64,000 nt of DNA from Raja brachyura (Eukaryota): assembly GCA_963514005.1 (NCBI GenBank), contig OY740785.1, positions 34,348,001 through 34,412,000 of the forward strand, in the 5' to 3' direction. The notes beneath the pieces were generated by a model. It saw only the letters and a list, made by a program, of their open reading frames with translations. It did not search any database and was not told where the DNA came from. The translations under genes were made by a program, and so were the position numbers. The first letter of the stretch is position 1, and every line of letters begins with the position of its first letter. Shown here piece after piece: positions 51,841 through 64,000 of the stretch.

Positions 51841-52799
51841 ATATCTATTTCATCCATTGCTGACCAAAATTGAAGCTGTGGGGAGAATCCCATCAATTTT
51901 GTTAATTCAGAGAAATAAGTTTGAACACGTTACATGTGATTCAGATGGCAGGGGATTTAAATTGAATTATTGATGCCTGGTCCATGGTATCTCCATGCCT
52001 CAAACTCCTGTGGCCAGCATGGCGGACAATTAAATGGTGTAGCTTCCGACACAGACCGTAGCCAGTTTACAAGCTGCATGTTGTGATCACCATTCCCTTG
52101 ATCACCCATATCCCATAGTGAACTGAGGATATTCACAGATCAGTCCAAACACCATCATTTTTAAGACCACCTTTGCCACTGCTGTCCTTAGGAGAGTTTC
52201 TTCAGCATTAAATTTGTTCCTCGCAATCGGATTGCCAGTGATGTAGCAACTTCAAGCTCTCAAGCATATGGCTCTCGACAGGAACCATGTCTATTTCTTC
52301 GTTCCTTAGATGCTGCTTCACCAGCTGAGTTTCTCCAGCATTTTTCTCTACCTCCTGACCTGAAATGTCACCTATCCATTTTCTCCAGAGATGCTGCCTG
52401 ACCCGCTGAGTTACTCCAGCATTTTGCGTCCTTTTGTGTAAACCAGCATCTGCAGATCCTTGTTTCCACAAACTAGAATTTTTTCTACTGCAGGAAAGGT
52501 TTATTTAACTCACAATGTTCTCAGAACCAGTGCAGGTTTAGTACATGGCATAACAATGATATATTTTTTAATGCATAAAGCCCTGTGGCCTTTCGCAATC
52601 AAACACAGGTAAAGGCTTTTCCTCTGTCAATTTCTTCTTGCCATACTGATGGCGGAAATCAGGTGGGTTGCAACCCATAGCGGAGATGGAGCTTGAGGGT
52701 TGGGCGAGAGGATCATTTGGTTGGGGTCCGTCTTATCCAAGATGACTTCCGGTGGCCCAGCAATTCAACTCCCCCTCCCATTCCCAGTCAGACTTTCTG

Positions 52800-53130
52800 G
52801 CCTGGGCCTCCTCCATGTCAGAGTGAGGCCCAGTGCAAATTGGAGGAACAGCACGTCATATTTTGCTTGGGTAATTTGCACTCCAATGGTATGAACGTTG
52901 ACTTCTCTAACTTCAGGTAGCCCTTGTTTTCCCTCCCCACCCCTTCCCAGTTCTCCCACTAATCTTCCTGTCTCCGCCTAGTCCTGCCCACTCCCCTGAC
53001 ATCAGTCTGAAGAAGGGTCTCGACCCAAAACGTAGCCAATTCCTTCTCCCCATAGATGCTACCTCACCTGCTGAGTTACTCCAGCATTTTGTGTATACGT
53101 TTGATTTACCAGCACCTGCAGTTCTTTCTT
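52800..53130 (+). mobile_element. Penelope-like element 3' end: GIY-YIG endonuclease C-terminus plus pseudo-LTR
   Basis: Translation ...KLEEQHVIFCLGNLHSNGMNVDFSNFR* resembles the PLE GIY-YIG C-terminal E..I..L....P.GLN motif. It is followed by atcagtctgaagaagggtctcgaccc(a)aaacg and the same tail as the short inserts. Confidence 0.75.
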
Positions 53131-54444
53131 CAACGTAATGTTACTGTTGTCTGGGAGGATTGGGATTGTGAACAGCACATGAGGGATGGGATGGTGGTAC
53201 CAGATAGGCAATCGGGCTGGGGTCTGATTGGAATTGGTTCCCAAGGAAAGGGATGGAGGAGCCATTAGCATGTGAAGAACAACTTAACATCTTGTAAAGC
53301 CCTTAACTGTGGGTGGATCAAGGCCTCTAAATCTTTAGAGACAGACAGCGATAGCCGGCTCCTTTCAATCCATAGAGAAGCAGGCCCCTGCTGCTTTGTG
53401 TAAGCCTCTTGTGCAGGGAAAGCCCGCACATCTTACACATTGTGATGTTATCACGGTGTCAGTGAAGTACACACGCAGTGCGGTGGAATGCTGTGAACAA
53501 ACTTGTACATATGCATAGAGGTCCATGACACGACTTGTACATTCAGTGGCTGATTTTATTTAGCAATTGGATTTTTGATTAAATAGTGGACAAAAAAATA
53601 TGTTGCACAATGGAAAGGAATTCTGAGGGTGATGTATTTCGACTCTTTGCTGGAGAAGAAGGCGTCTTCCTGTGCTAACCACAGGCACTTCAGTGAGATG
53701 GATGGGTGACCTAGGTCTGTGTCAAACCTCGATTGATGCCACCATCAACTCCAGCACCTTCCAATGATTTGTAAATCTCTGATAGAGTGCTTTATCTATT
53801 TACTCGCATCAAGGCATTGCCCTGCAGTCATTTGGAAGGTCAGGCTACGAGGACAATCTTTGTCGCACTAAATGAAGAAAAGACCCCACAAAAAAAAAAT
53901 AAAAGCAGCTGTCTGTCCTATCGAAAAGGATAAGCTAAATTACTTCCCTTCAGCAGGATAGTCCTCGGGCTATGCACTGTGTGCGGAGAGGAAGCTACAA
54001 AATAGCGCTCTTTAACTTTTACAACAAGGAGTGGAGGCTAACCTCTGTCTTGCTGAATCTCTCGTGCAGTAGGAAAATAAAGCCACAGAAAAAATAGAGC
54101 TACGGAGCTTATGACATCTATAAAAAGAGTCAGGGAACAACAAATTTGATTGTTGCAAAGTGAAGGAAACAACACATCAATGCTGTGTTAACACTCACAC
54201 TGCCGACTGCACTGTGAGTCCAGGAGGCAGACTCTCTTTTGCATGTTCTGGATGGGATCGCAATAGGCCGTGGGAGAGTATGATCCTTGCTGGGATACTC
54301 CTGCGAACATCCATGGAGGGCTGCTTTCAGAGCAGGTGATAGCTAAATAAAGCAGGCAAGGTGCCCAATGTTTGCACAATGTAAACACCTAACATCTGAT
54401 GAATTTAAAAAACGATCTGGGAAATGCAGGGGTAGTTTTGAATA

Positions 54445-54797
54445 GTTTAGCTGAGTTTAGTTTAGTTTAGTTTAGTTTAGTTTACTTTACTTTAGTTTAG
54501 TTTAGAGATACAGTGCGGAAACAAGCCCTTCGGCCCACCGAGTCCTCTTAGACCAGCGATCCCTGTACACTAGCACTATCCTCTACACAAGGAACAAGAT
54601 ACAATTTTTACTGAAGCCAATTAACCTACAAACCTGTACATCTTTGGAATGTTGGAGGAAACCGGAGAACCTCGGGAAAACCCACACGGTCACAGGGAGA
54701 ATGTCCAAACTCCGTACCAACAGCTCCCGTAGTCGGGATCGAACCGGGGTCTCTGGCACTGCAAAGCAGCAACTCTACTGCTGCGCCACCATGCCGC
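54445..54797 (-). mobile_element. tRNA-derived V-SINE (HE1-like) with an expanded (tttag)n tail
   Basis: Same head, core and tail. Confidence 0.85.
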
Positions 54798-55027
54798 ACT
54801 ATAAAATACTTTTAAAACTGGACTGATATTGGGGTAACAAATCATTTATCATGGATGGACTATATCAAGCAGCTTGAAGTTAATTTCTTCAGGAAAATTC
54901 TGTCTGGAGTCAGGCTGTGGTTAATGTCTTTACTTCCTCAGAAGTTTGAGGAGATTATGCATGTTGCTGAAAACCCTATAAAACCTCTACCTCTACAGTC
55001 GTGAACATATTGACTGGTTGCATCATG

Positions 55028-56071
55028 TAGCAATGTTACAAAATTTTGAGATTTTAAGAATTAAGTCTGCAATTTATCCCATCAGATAAAGCACAAAACG
55101 AAGTTTAATTTGACACCTAATTCACTTTCATACCTTCAGTATTAAAAGAGTTATGGCCATTTTCATACTCGGAAATTAGCATCTTGTTCCCAATTGCTTT
55201 TCCATTGACTTCACACAAAAGATGTGATCGAGGACAGTTAAAAGCCCATAACTTTCATAAAAATTAAGAGAACTGAAATACATTTTCAGTTATTATAGAT
55301 TGAAGGATTCTGAAACAAATATGAAACAATGTTACTTGGATGACCTGAAATTAAAGCATATAATTAGTTAGTTACCTAATTGTAGCTAATTACAAAATTC
55401 AATTACTAGATCTAAGCATCTAGCCATTTCTTAAGAAAAGATTAACATTTTTAAATAGCCTAAGTGTCCAAATAACATTCACACAAGAATTCACAATATA
55501 ACATGATTTTTAAATCTCATTGTCATGAATTTATAGGCCAAATGGAAGGAATTTAGTGTTTAATTCCCGTAAATTAATGGCCATTTTAATCATCTTGCGA
55601 GTGGGATTTTGTGGAACGCGATTGTTTGGAACGTTGCGGTTACGGTGAATTTTAACCCCATATCGGCGAGAAAAATACTGCCGGTTCATATGTGGCCCAA
55701 ATCACCTTTTCGCAAAGTAAAATTATGATTAAATGCATCCTAAGAAGCACGTTTATATGTAAAATAAACAGCTTTCCTTTACCTGTCCCGTACGTGAAAT
55801 CTGTCCCCGTTGTCGGCGTTCACGGCATTAGAAGCTGATTTTTATTTTACTCCAGCGCTGAAATTGTCCAGCGATTAAAAATAAATAAATCACAGAATGG
55901 CAATCAGAACAAATCTTCAGCAAAAGCTTGCTCCCCGAGAAAATATATCCAGGACAGGTAGGAGAAAAAATGCATTTTAACCCTGCCCCCCCCCTCAAAG
56001 GCGCCAAAGTCGCGCACACGGCCAGTGACAGAACTGCAGCGCCGCTGAAGGTACATTTTGTAACATATCTA
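55028..56071. mobile_element. Non-autonomous DNA transposon (hAT-like)
   Basis: TIRs TAGcaATGTTACAAAAT and ATTTTGTAACATatCTA, with a catcatg / tatcatg duplication splitting a Rex1 fragment. Confidence 0.7.
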
Positions 56072-59000
56072 TATCATGTCCTGGTTCAGTAACTTGAATG
56101 GTCATTACGCACTCCATCGCGAGTATTGACCTCTGCACCATCAAAGAGATTCACAGGAATCTCTGCCTCACAGAGGTAGCTAATATCATCAAAGTTTTTT
56201 GCTTCCATTATTAGTTATAACTTTTATACTTTTGTTGCTTTGCATCCTTACTGTTTCGAGCAGGTTTTGTTCTTTTCAAATTCTTACTTAATTGTAATTC
56301 AACGTAGGTCTGCAGGAATAATTCAGCAGATAATTATAACAGGTCTGTTGTAATTTAACACATGACAATTTTTACATTTTAATGTTAAAACATTGTTAAA
56401 CTAGTTATCTTTATTTGAACTTTAGTTGATAAAACTTATGCCAATTTCACATGCAACCACATAAAGTATGAATGAAGGTGATCAATTAGTCATGAAACTG
56501 CACCAACACACAGCCATGGATGATTTGATACAAGTTAATTAATGTTAATATGATGGAGTAAGGTGGACTTTGTCCCAATCCACCCTCTCTTTCACCCCCT
56601 ACTTCACTCGGTCTGAACAAAAGTCCCAACTTGAAATTTTGCCTGCCTGTTCACTCCACAGATGCTGTCTGACCCACTGAGTTCCTGCAGAACTTTGTTT
56701 TTTTGCTCAACATTCCAACACGTTTTCTCACAGAGAGTTGTGAGTATGTGGAAATCTCTGCCTCAGAGGGCAGTGGAGGCTGGTTCTCTGGATACTTTCA
56801 AGAGAGAGCTAGATACGGCTCTTAAAGATAGAGTCAGAAGATATGGGAGAAGGCAGGAATGGGGTATTGATTGGGGATGATTAGCCATGATCCCATTGAA
56901 TGGCAGTGCTGGCTCGAAGGGCCGATTGGCCTACTCCTGCACCTATTGTCGATTGTCTATTATCTGCAGTTTTTTATGTCTCCATTTCCTTTCATCTTTT
57001 CACGCTATTATTTTGATTTTTTTTTACCTTTGCTGAAACGTGAATTTAAACAAAAAAACCTTTTCATAAATAATCAGGTATATGTCAGCAATTAAAACTA
57101 TGATAACATTTTAAACTACTTGAGTTTTTTCCTTGCAGTTTGATCTGTGAGAATTGGCAAATTTCTCTTAACCGCCAGCATCTATTATTCTACATCCTGC
57201 CTGTTTATTCTCAATCCCTTACTTGTGCCAATCCATCTGAGTAATTATTTATCCAATACTGGGGCTAATCGTTAGTTTACAATTTATATATTCTATCATT
57301 GTGCCAGGTTTTCCCATTTGGATTATTATCCATAGTTGTTGCATTCATATTGTAATGCATATGGAGCTTCCTATTGCATTGGAGATTATAATGCATAATC
57401 AAAGTTCCCCTTCATTCTGCTGCACTTGACTGAATGGCACACTGGTGTAGTAGGTCAGTGCAACTACTGCATAGTTTTTGGGAGTTGGGTTTGATTGTGA
57501 ACTTGGCTCCTCACATCTTCGTATTGCTGGGTGGTTAAGCGTAACGGAACCAACAGATGCACAATACTATTATGGAATGTAAATGTATAACTACAAATTA
57601 AACCATTGTGTAAAAATATTGAATGCATGCAATTTTGTTTTCTCTGGATTTTGCATTATTGCTGCAGAGCATTTGAATATTTACCTAATTTTGGTGATAT
57701 TTGTAATGATTAGTGTGCTCAATTTAACACATAAAATGATAATGTGTTGCAAGCCTCTTCTTCTTGCCAATGGCGTGCACAGCCTAAAGTTGTAGGACAA
57801 CTTGTTCTATTTGATTTTATTTGATTGTGCACGCCAGGTTAATTGCATTCGTCGAAACAGGGCGGACCACGTGAAGGTTGCAATCTCCCACCCCGGTTGC
57901 AAGCTGTTTCTGTATGATATTACCAAAGGAAAGTTTCAAAGGATTCAAAGCTTTCAAAGGTCTTTCATTGTCACATGCACCAATTAAGGTACAGTGAATT
58001 CTTATTACCATACAGCCATTCTAAAAAAAACAACAACAGCTACATAAAAGTTAATATAAACATAAACACAGCGGATTCCACAGTTAGGTAAAGGTACAAG
58101 GAATGCTCTGTACTTTGCATCATAGACCAAGCTTTTAGCATTAAAAATCAACATAACGTAGATTTAGACTGACTGTTCAATTTTAGCAAAGGACAAGTTG
58201 ATGGCATTGATCTGATAAAGGGAACAGCCAAAGAGCTTCAGGAGTGTTGGACAAAATGCTGAAGGGCTGTTCAATGGAAATGCTGAGGAAAGCAAAGTGC
58301 CAAGATCATCGATTGCAACATTCATGTGAAAAAGTGACAAATTATTTGGATAGAAACATATAAAATTCTTAAGGGATTGGACTGGCTAGATACAGCAAAA
58401 ATGATCCCCATGTTGGGGGAGTCCAGAACCAGGGGTCACAGTTTAAGAATAAGTGGTAGGCTATTTCGGACTGAGATGAGGAAATACTTTTTCACCCAGA
58501 GTGTTGTGAATCTGTGGAATTCTCTGCCACAGAAGGCAGTGGAGGCTAATTCACTGGATGTTTTCAAAGTTAGATTTAGGTCTTAGGGTTAACAGAATCA
58601 AGGGATATGGGAAAATCGAAGGTAGACAAAAATGCTGTAGAAACTCAGCGGGTGCGGCAGCATCTATGGAGCGAAGGTAATAGGCAACGTTTCAAGCCGA
58701 AACCCTCCTTCAGATATGGGGATATAGCAGGAACAGGGTTCTGATTTTAGATGATCAGCCATGATCATTTGGAATGGCGGGGCTGGCATGAAGGGCTGAA
58801 TGGCATACTCCTGCACCTATTTTCTACTTTTTAATGCATATTTTTAAGGCAGTGATAGATAGATTCTTGATTAGTATGGGTGTCAGGGGTCATGGGGAGA
58901 AGGCAGGAGAATAGGGTTGAGAGGGATAGACAGATCAGCCATGATTGGATGGCAGAGTAGACCTGATGGGCCAAATGGACTAATTCTGCTCCTATTGCTT

Positions 59001-60502
59001 ATGAGGTTGTGAACAGCCACTTCCAGCAATTAAAAAAGCTGAAGGAAAACGGCAAGCAGCAATATTCCTCAGAAGATAAAGTTGTGTCATTTTCATCCTG
59101 TGGTCATTTCTCAGATGCTTTATAAATGCGAGGCCTGGATGCTTTACAAAAACAAAATCAATGCACCTGAAATGTACTCCTTTGGAAATGGCTGTATGTC
59201 AAATAAATGAAATACTGAACCAATGAGAGAAATGCAACAAATCATTCAAGAATACAGAGACCACAAATCATTGTAAGAAATTGGATGACATGGGAAGCTG
59301 CAAAGGTCTTGACATGTCATGAAAGTGCTGGACATGCTAGCCGACAGTTTAAGGCAAGATGCTGTGGAGAGGATAGAAAAAAACACAGAAGGCTGTGGAG
59401 ACCAAGTCAATGGATATTTTTAAGGCAGAGATTTACAGATTATTGATTAGTTCAGGCGTCAGGGGTTATGGAGAGAAGGCAGGAGAATGGGGTTGAGAGG
59501 GAAAGGTAGATCAGCCATGATTGAATGGCGGAGTAGACTTGATGGGCCAAATGGCCTTATTCTGCTCATATAACTTATGAACTTATGAACAACATGAAGT
59601 ACTTTGGAACTGATATCAAAGACTGGGTAAAGCTGGCCAAGCATTGATTGGATTAGAATAAAATTGTTGCAGCATCTAAAGATCCATGATGACCAAAGCA
59701 GCATTATCAATGACTTCACTTGAATCATAAAAGAATAGCAAGAATTATGCACAATTAAGTCATTTAATATCTTCTAAACACATTAATTCAGCTGATATTT
59801 TTAACAGCACCGATGGAGAAATTATGTATTGTTCTTTGAAAAAGGTGACTTAACCTGCCTGATATGTTAGTCGTTTTCCAATGGCATGACTTGGAGAGTA
59901 GAAAGCACTTCTGAGACCAGAAATCCAGTCAGACAACTCAAAAAGATGGTTTAGGAACAGGTCCATTCAAGACCGTAAGAAATTGCAGCCAATTGTAGAT
60001 GTAGCCCAGATCATCACACACACCAACCTCTCTTCCATTGAGTCCATTTATACCTCGCGCTGTCTCAGCAAGGCCAGCAGCATATTCAAGGATCAGCCGC
60101 ACCCTGGCCACTCCCTCTTCTCCCCTCTTCCATTGGGCAAAAGGTATGGAAGTGTGAAAGCACACACCCCCAAATTCATGGACAGTTCCTTGACGGGCAA
60201 CTGAATCATCCTACCACAACCGGAGAGCAGTGCTGAACTACGATCTACCTCATTGGTGACCTCGGATTACCTTTGATCAGAAATAGTAAGATTAAATGAG
60301 AACTTACCAGTTTGAAGTTTGATCTTTATTTTATGAGGAGTTACGATGAGGGATTACGTGAAGACCCCGCCAGCACGCATGCGCGACATTCTTCAAAGCA
60401 GTGGTGTGAAATCACAGATAGCAACGTAGACTAATATAGTAAGATAAGAGAGAACTTCCATACCAGTTGAACTTTATAATAGAGGGTTCTGGGAGCGGAG
60501 GG

Positions 60503-60615
60503 CACGTAATCCCTCATCGTAACTCCTCATAAAATAAAGATCAAACTTCAAACTGGTAAGTTCTCATTTAATCTTACTATTTTACTTCGGAGTCACGTGA
60601 GTGACTACGTGAAGA
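60503..60615 (-). repeat. DIRS-B internal complementary region
   Basis: Exact reverse complement of 60282-60360, followed by the predicted 5'-terminal sequence. Junction ATT at 60579-60581. Confidence 0.93.
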
Positions 60616-60772
60616 TTTCAAAGCTCTGTGATTTCATGCCCTGGAAACGAGTCCATGCTCACACACTGCCATGCTGGGATTAGAGGATGAACGTATTTCA
60701 GACATGACACTGGCTGAAAAACAAAATAGGTATTTATTCATACCAAAACAAAATATATCCCATATAGGGTAA

Positions 60773-61755
60773 TTATTTAGCAGTACTCAAAATTTTTCCT
60801 GCAAAAGTGTCAGGAGAGGCCACGGGTTTGTTATAGAAGCGTTGGAATGTATTCTCATTGCTCCAACCCGCTGTGGCCAGGATGTGGCCCATGGTACTTC
60901 CATCATCCTAGCCGCCGAAGTAGATGCAGCCCTGGTGGAGTGAGATTTGAAGACATTAGTGTCCACCCCCGCTGCATCTAACACCACCCTTAACCATCTT
61001 GATATGGTTTGCACCGTGACTTTGTGATGGGGCCGTTTATGGCTTATAAGCAAAGCTTTCTCCGTGCCCCTTAGAGTCTTAGTGACTGTGATATATTGTA
61101 ATATCAGAGTAACGATGCAGAGTCGAGTATCTGCAGGATAAGCTTGAAACTCTAATGTTTGTCCAGACGACCCGGGTCGGTCTTGTTTTAACAGCCCCTG
61201 TATAAGAAAAGTTATTTTGCCATTGGAGATTGTCATGGCGTCCATACTTAACTTGTGTAGGGACTGGACCCGTTGTGCTGTGACAAGTGCCATAATCATT
61301 ACCATTTTATAGGTGAGCTTGTCCAAGGTGAGCCCCGTATTGGGTGTCCATCCTCGTAACATAGTCAAGACTATGCTAATATCCCACGTATCGTTGTATC
61401 TGGGCCTGGGGGGATTGGAATTAAATATTCCCCTCATTAGCTTAGACACTAATGGGTGTGATCCAATAGCCAGATGATCACTCCCTTTGCCCAGATAACT
61501 CGATAGAGCACTCCTTGCACAGTTGATGGCACTGTAGCTTAATCCTTCATCGTGGTGAAGGGTAGCCAGGAATTCCAGAACTTCCGTGATGGTGGCCATT
61601 TCATAGGTAGTGTTCGTTGTAGTGCAGAACACTTCCCACTTTCTGATATAGGTCAGATACTGTTTCCTGGTGGACTCCCTGCACGACGTTGAGATGGTAT
61701 TTATTGTTCTGTCGGTGAGTCTGAATCCCAGAAGTGGCCGTTTCAGAATCTGCAA
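60773..61755 (-). pseudogene. DIRS-B tyrosine recombinase with a frameshift before the catalytic W and Y
   Basis: AQRVQ, LLKQ and HSTR are in frame. A 1-nt deletion near 60893 shifts MGHILATAGWSNENTFQRFYNKP out of frame. Confidence 0.9.
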
Positions 61756-63750
61756 ATTAACAGGTCCATGTGGTCATGACATGGATGGCTTTCCCCTGTA
61801 ACGGGATGTATCAATAAACTAGGTCGTTTGTTGACCCGGATGCAAGGTTCTGTGGCCATCTTCTGTACTGCTGGGAACCATGGTTGGGTAGGCCAGTCGG
61901 GCACAACCAAAATACCCGATGCGGAGTCTTGTCTTATTTTTTGCAAGACCCGACTGATGAGGCAGAAGGGGGGAAATGCATAGCAGAACAAATCCCCCCA
62001 ATGTAGCGTGAAAGCGTCCATTGCTACTGCCCCTGGGTCTGGTTCCCAAGCAACATATGTTGGAAGTTGGTGATTGTCTGGATGCAAAAAGGTCGATATC
62101 TGGTGTCCCATAACGTTCTATAATATCCGTAAACACTTTCCGATCCAACATCCATTCTATGTTGTCGTTGAATTTTCGTGATCTGGTGTCTGCCACTGTG
62201 TTTAGCTTACCTGGAAGGTAAGTGGCTGAGATCCAAATTTCCCTTTGCAGACACCAGTGCCAGATATTATTAGCCAATTCATCACATGATATCGACTTTA
62301 TTCCACCCATATGATTAATATAAGCCACCACTGTGGTGTTGTCAATTTGTAACCTGACATGCAACTGGTGCATATCTGAGCAGTATGCTCTTAGACCATG
62401 AAATGCTCCCAGCATTTCTGAATAATTAATCCCTAATGTTTTGAATAGCTCTTGTGCACTCCATCTGCCTCCATAACTTGTGGTGGTATTAGTTGCTCCC
62501 CAACCTTTGGCACTGGCATCAGTTTGTAAGATAACTGAGGGATTCATGATAGTGATGGGGTTAGAACAAAGCTGTGCATTTTCTATCCACCAATTTAATT
62601 CAGATTTTGCATTTTCTGGTAGTTTCATAGGCCTGTCAAAATGGCCTGCATGATTTTTGAGAGCTATAATTTTTGCTCTTTGAAGGTTTTGATAATGGAG
62701 TGGCCCAAATTGTGCTGCGGGAAACGCAGCCACTATTTTCCCAATCACTCTGGCTACTTGCCGAATAGATGGATCCCTGATGCCAGTGAGGCTCCTGCAA
62801 GCTTCTATCAAGTCCACCACCTTGTTAGGTGGTAAGGTGATAGACATTTGCACTGAGTCAATGGTGAACCCCAAATAATCCATGGTAGTGGAGGGTTCCA
62901 ATTTCGATTTATCTGGATGTATGATAAATCCCAGTTTTTGAAAAAGATGTTTTGTGGCTAGAACTGTCAATGTAGCCATTTCCAAATTCTCCTCGACAAT
63001 GATGATATCATCAAGGTAAGCCATGACAATATGGTTTTGTTTCCTTAAATAGGCTAAAGCTGGTTTCAATATTTTGGTAAACAGCCTGGGTGCTGATGAT
63101 AACCCATTGGGTAAGGCTTTATATTGCCATAATTGTCCCATCCAGATAAATTTCAGGTATTTCCTATGATCCTTATGTATAGGTACTGAATAGTATGCAT
63201 CCTTAAGATCAATGCAAGCCATGTAGTACCTTTCAGATATTAGCTGTCTAGCCGTGACAAAAGTGTCCATTTTAAAATGAACATACTGAACGGAAGTATT
63301 CAGTTCGGTCAGGTCTATGATGATGCGGCACCCGCCATCTTTTTTATTTTTGGTAAATATATTCGATACGAACTCCTGAGATTCTCTGATAGTCTTCTCA
63401 ATTACCCCTTTGTTAATTAGTCTAGATAGTTCAGCATGGCCTGCCGTTCTTTCTTTCTGTGAAAGCATAAACTTTCGGCTAGGCGAATGCTGAACTGGGG
63501 TAGGGAGTTCGTGAATAAACTCAATTTTATAACCCTGAATACTTCCGAGTATGTAAGGATCAGAGGTAAAGGTGCGCCATACTTCATGAAACAAGTGCAA
63601 CCGTCCCCCCACATTAGATGAATTTAGACATGCAATGTTCCTGAGGGAATCAGAACCACCTATCTCCATGGTTACTGCCGGTGTTGCGGTCTTTGCCCTT
63701 GCTTCTTGTGTTGCTGTGTTGCTGAGTTGTAGGGATGGCGCATTTTCCAA
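61743..63750 (-). pseudogene. DIRS-B pol (RT, RNase H, MT) with a frameshift in the MT domain
   Basis: YLDD, QTDAS and IDN motifs are in frame. An apparent 2-nt deletion near 62075 (LFASR|NHQLP versus copy A LFASRLNHQVP) moves AFPPF into ORF 61743-62111. Confidence 0.92.
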
Positions 63751-64000
63751 GAAGGCCGGGCTGGGCCATGGCCTAAAAAAGACCGTTGTGCAGGTGGACC
63801 GGCCTTCGAGCTTTCACCACCGGACGGTCTGTTGTAATATCGCTGTCCGGTGGGTGTGTAGGGGTGCTGCCGCTGCTGATAGTGGGGTTTAGAGGCACCA
63901 GGTACCTTAATCAGGCCCATAGCCTTGGCCTCCTCATCCAGGTCTTTCACCTGTTTTGGAAGGTTATCCCCAAACAGCAGATTAGGTGGTTGCAAGTTAC
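63672..64000 (-). CDS. DIRS-B gag C-terminus (partial)
   Basis: Aligns with the copy A gag C-terminus and ends in TAA at 63674-63672. Confidence 0.8.
   Translation of the reverse strand, partial: NLQPPNLLFGDNLPKQVKDLDEEAKAMGLIKVPGASKPHYQQRQHPYTPTGQRYYNRPSGGESSKAGPPAQRSFLGHGPARPSWKMRHPYNSATQQHKKQGQRPQHRQ

Larger units (their letters stand above)
60282..64000 (-). mobile_element. DIRS1-like retrotransposon (copy B, divergent family); its 5' part lies beyond the window
   Basis: Same architecture as copy A. The terminus 60282-60360 is perfectly complementary to ICR 60503-60581. gag, pol and YR are homologous to copy A. It is inserted into a Rex1-like LINE tail. Confidence 0.95.

Overview
Eukaryotic, repeat-dominated vertebrate DNA. 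Abundant tRNA-derived V-SINEs (HE1-like), CR1/HER1-like and Rex1-like LINE debris and Penelope-type repeats point to a cartilaginous fish (skate, ray or shark; inference). No host protein-coding gene was recognised, so the window is intronic or intergenic. The main objects are two DIRS1-type tyrosine-recombinase retrotransposons on the minus strand: a complete copy (3237-8788) and a divergent copy running off the right edge (60282 to beyond 64000). There is also an orphan DIRS 5' terminus near 31350. Comparing the two copies suggests an expression scheme I have not seen described: splice signals flank gag and pol so that one start codon could serve pol (unspliced) and the recombinase (spliced), and a U-UUU-UUA -1 slip site overlaps one acceptor. 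Many short Penelope-derived inserts carry a hammerhead-like core; several are long hairpins folding back at one fixed nucleotide, and one disrupts the first DIRS. Also present are a solo LTR, tandem Helitrons inside a Tc1 end, Harbinger- and hAT-like MITEs, an RTE LINE and three assembly gaps. All calls were made by eye; no searches were run.
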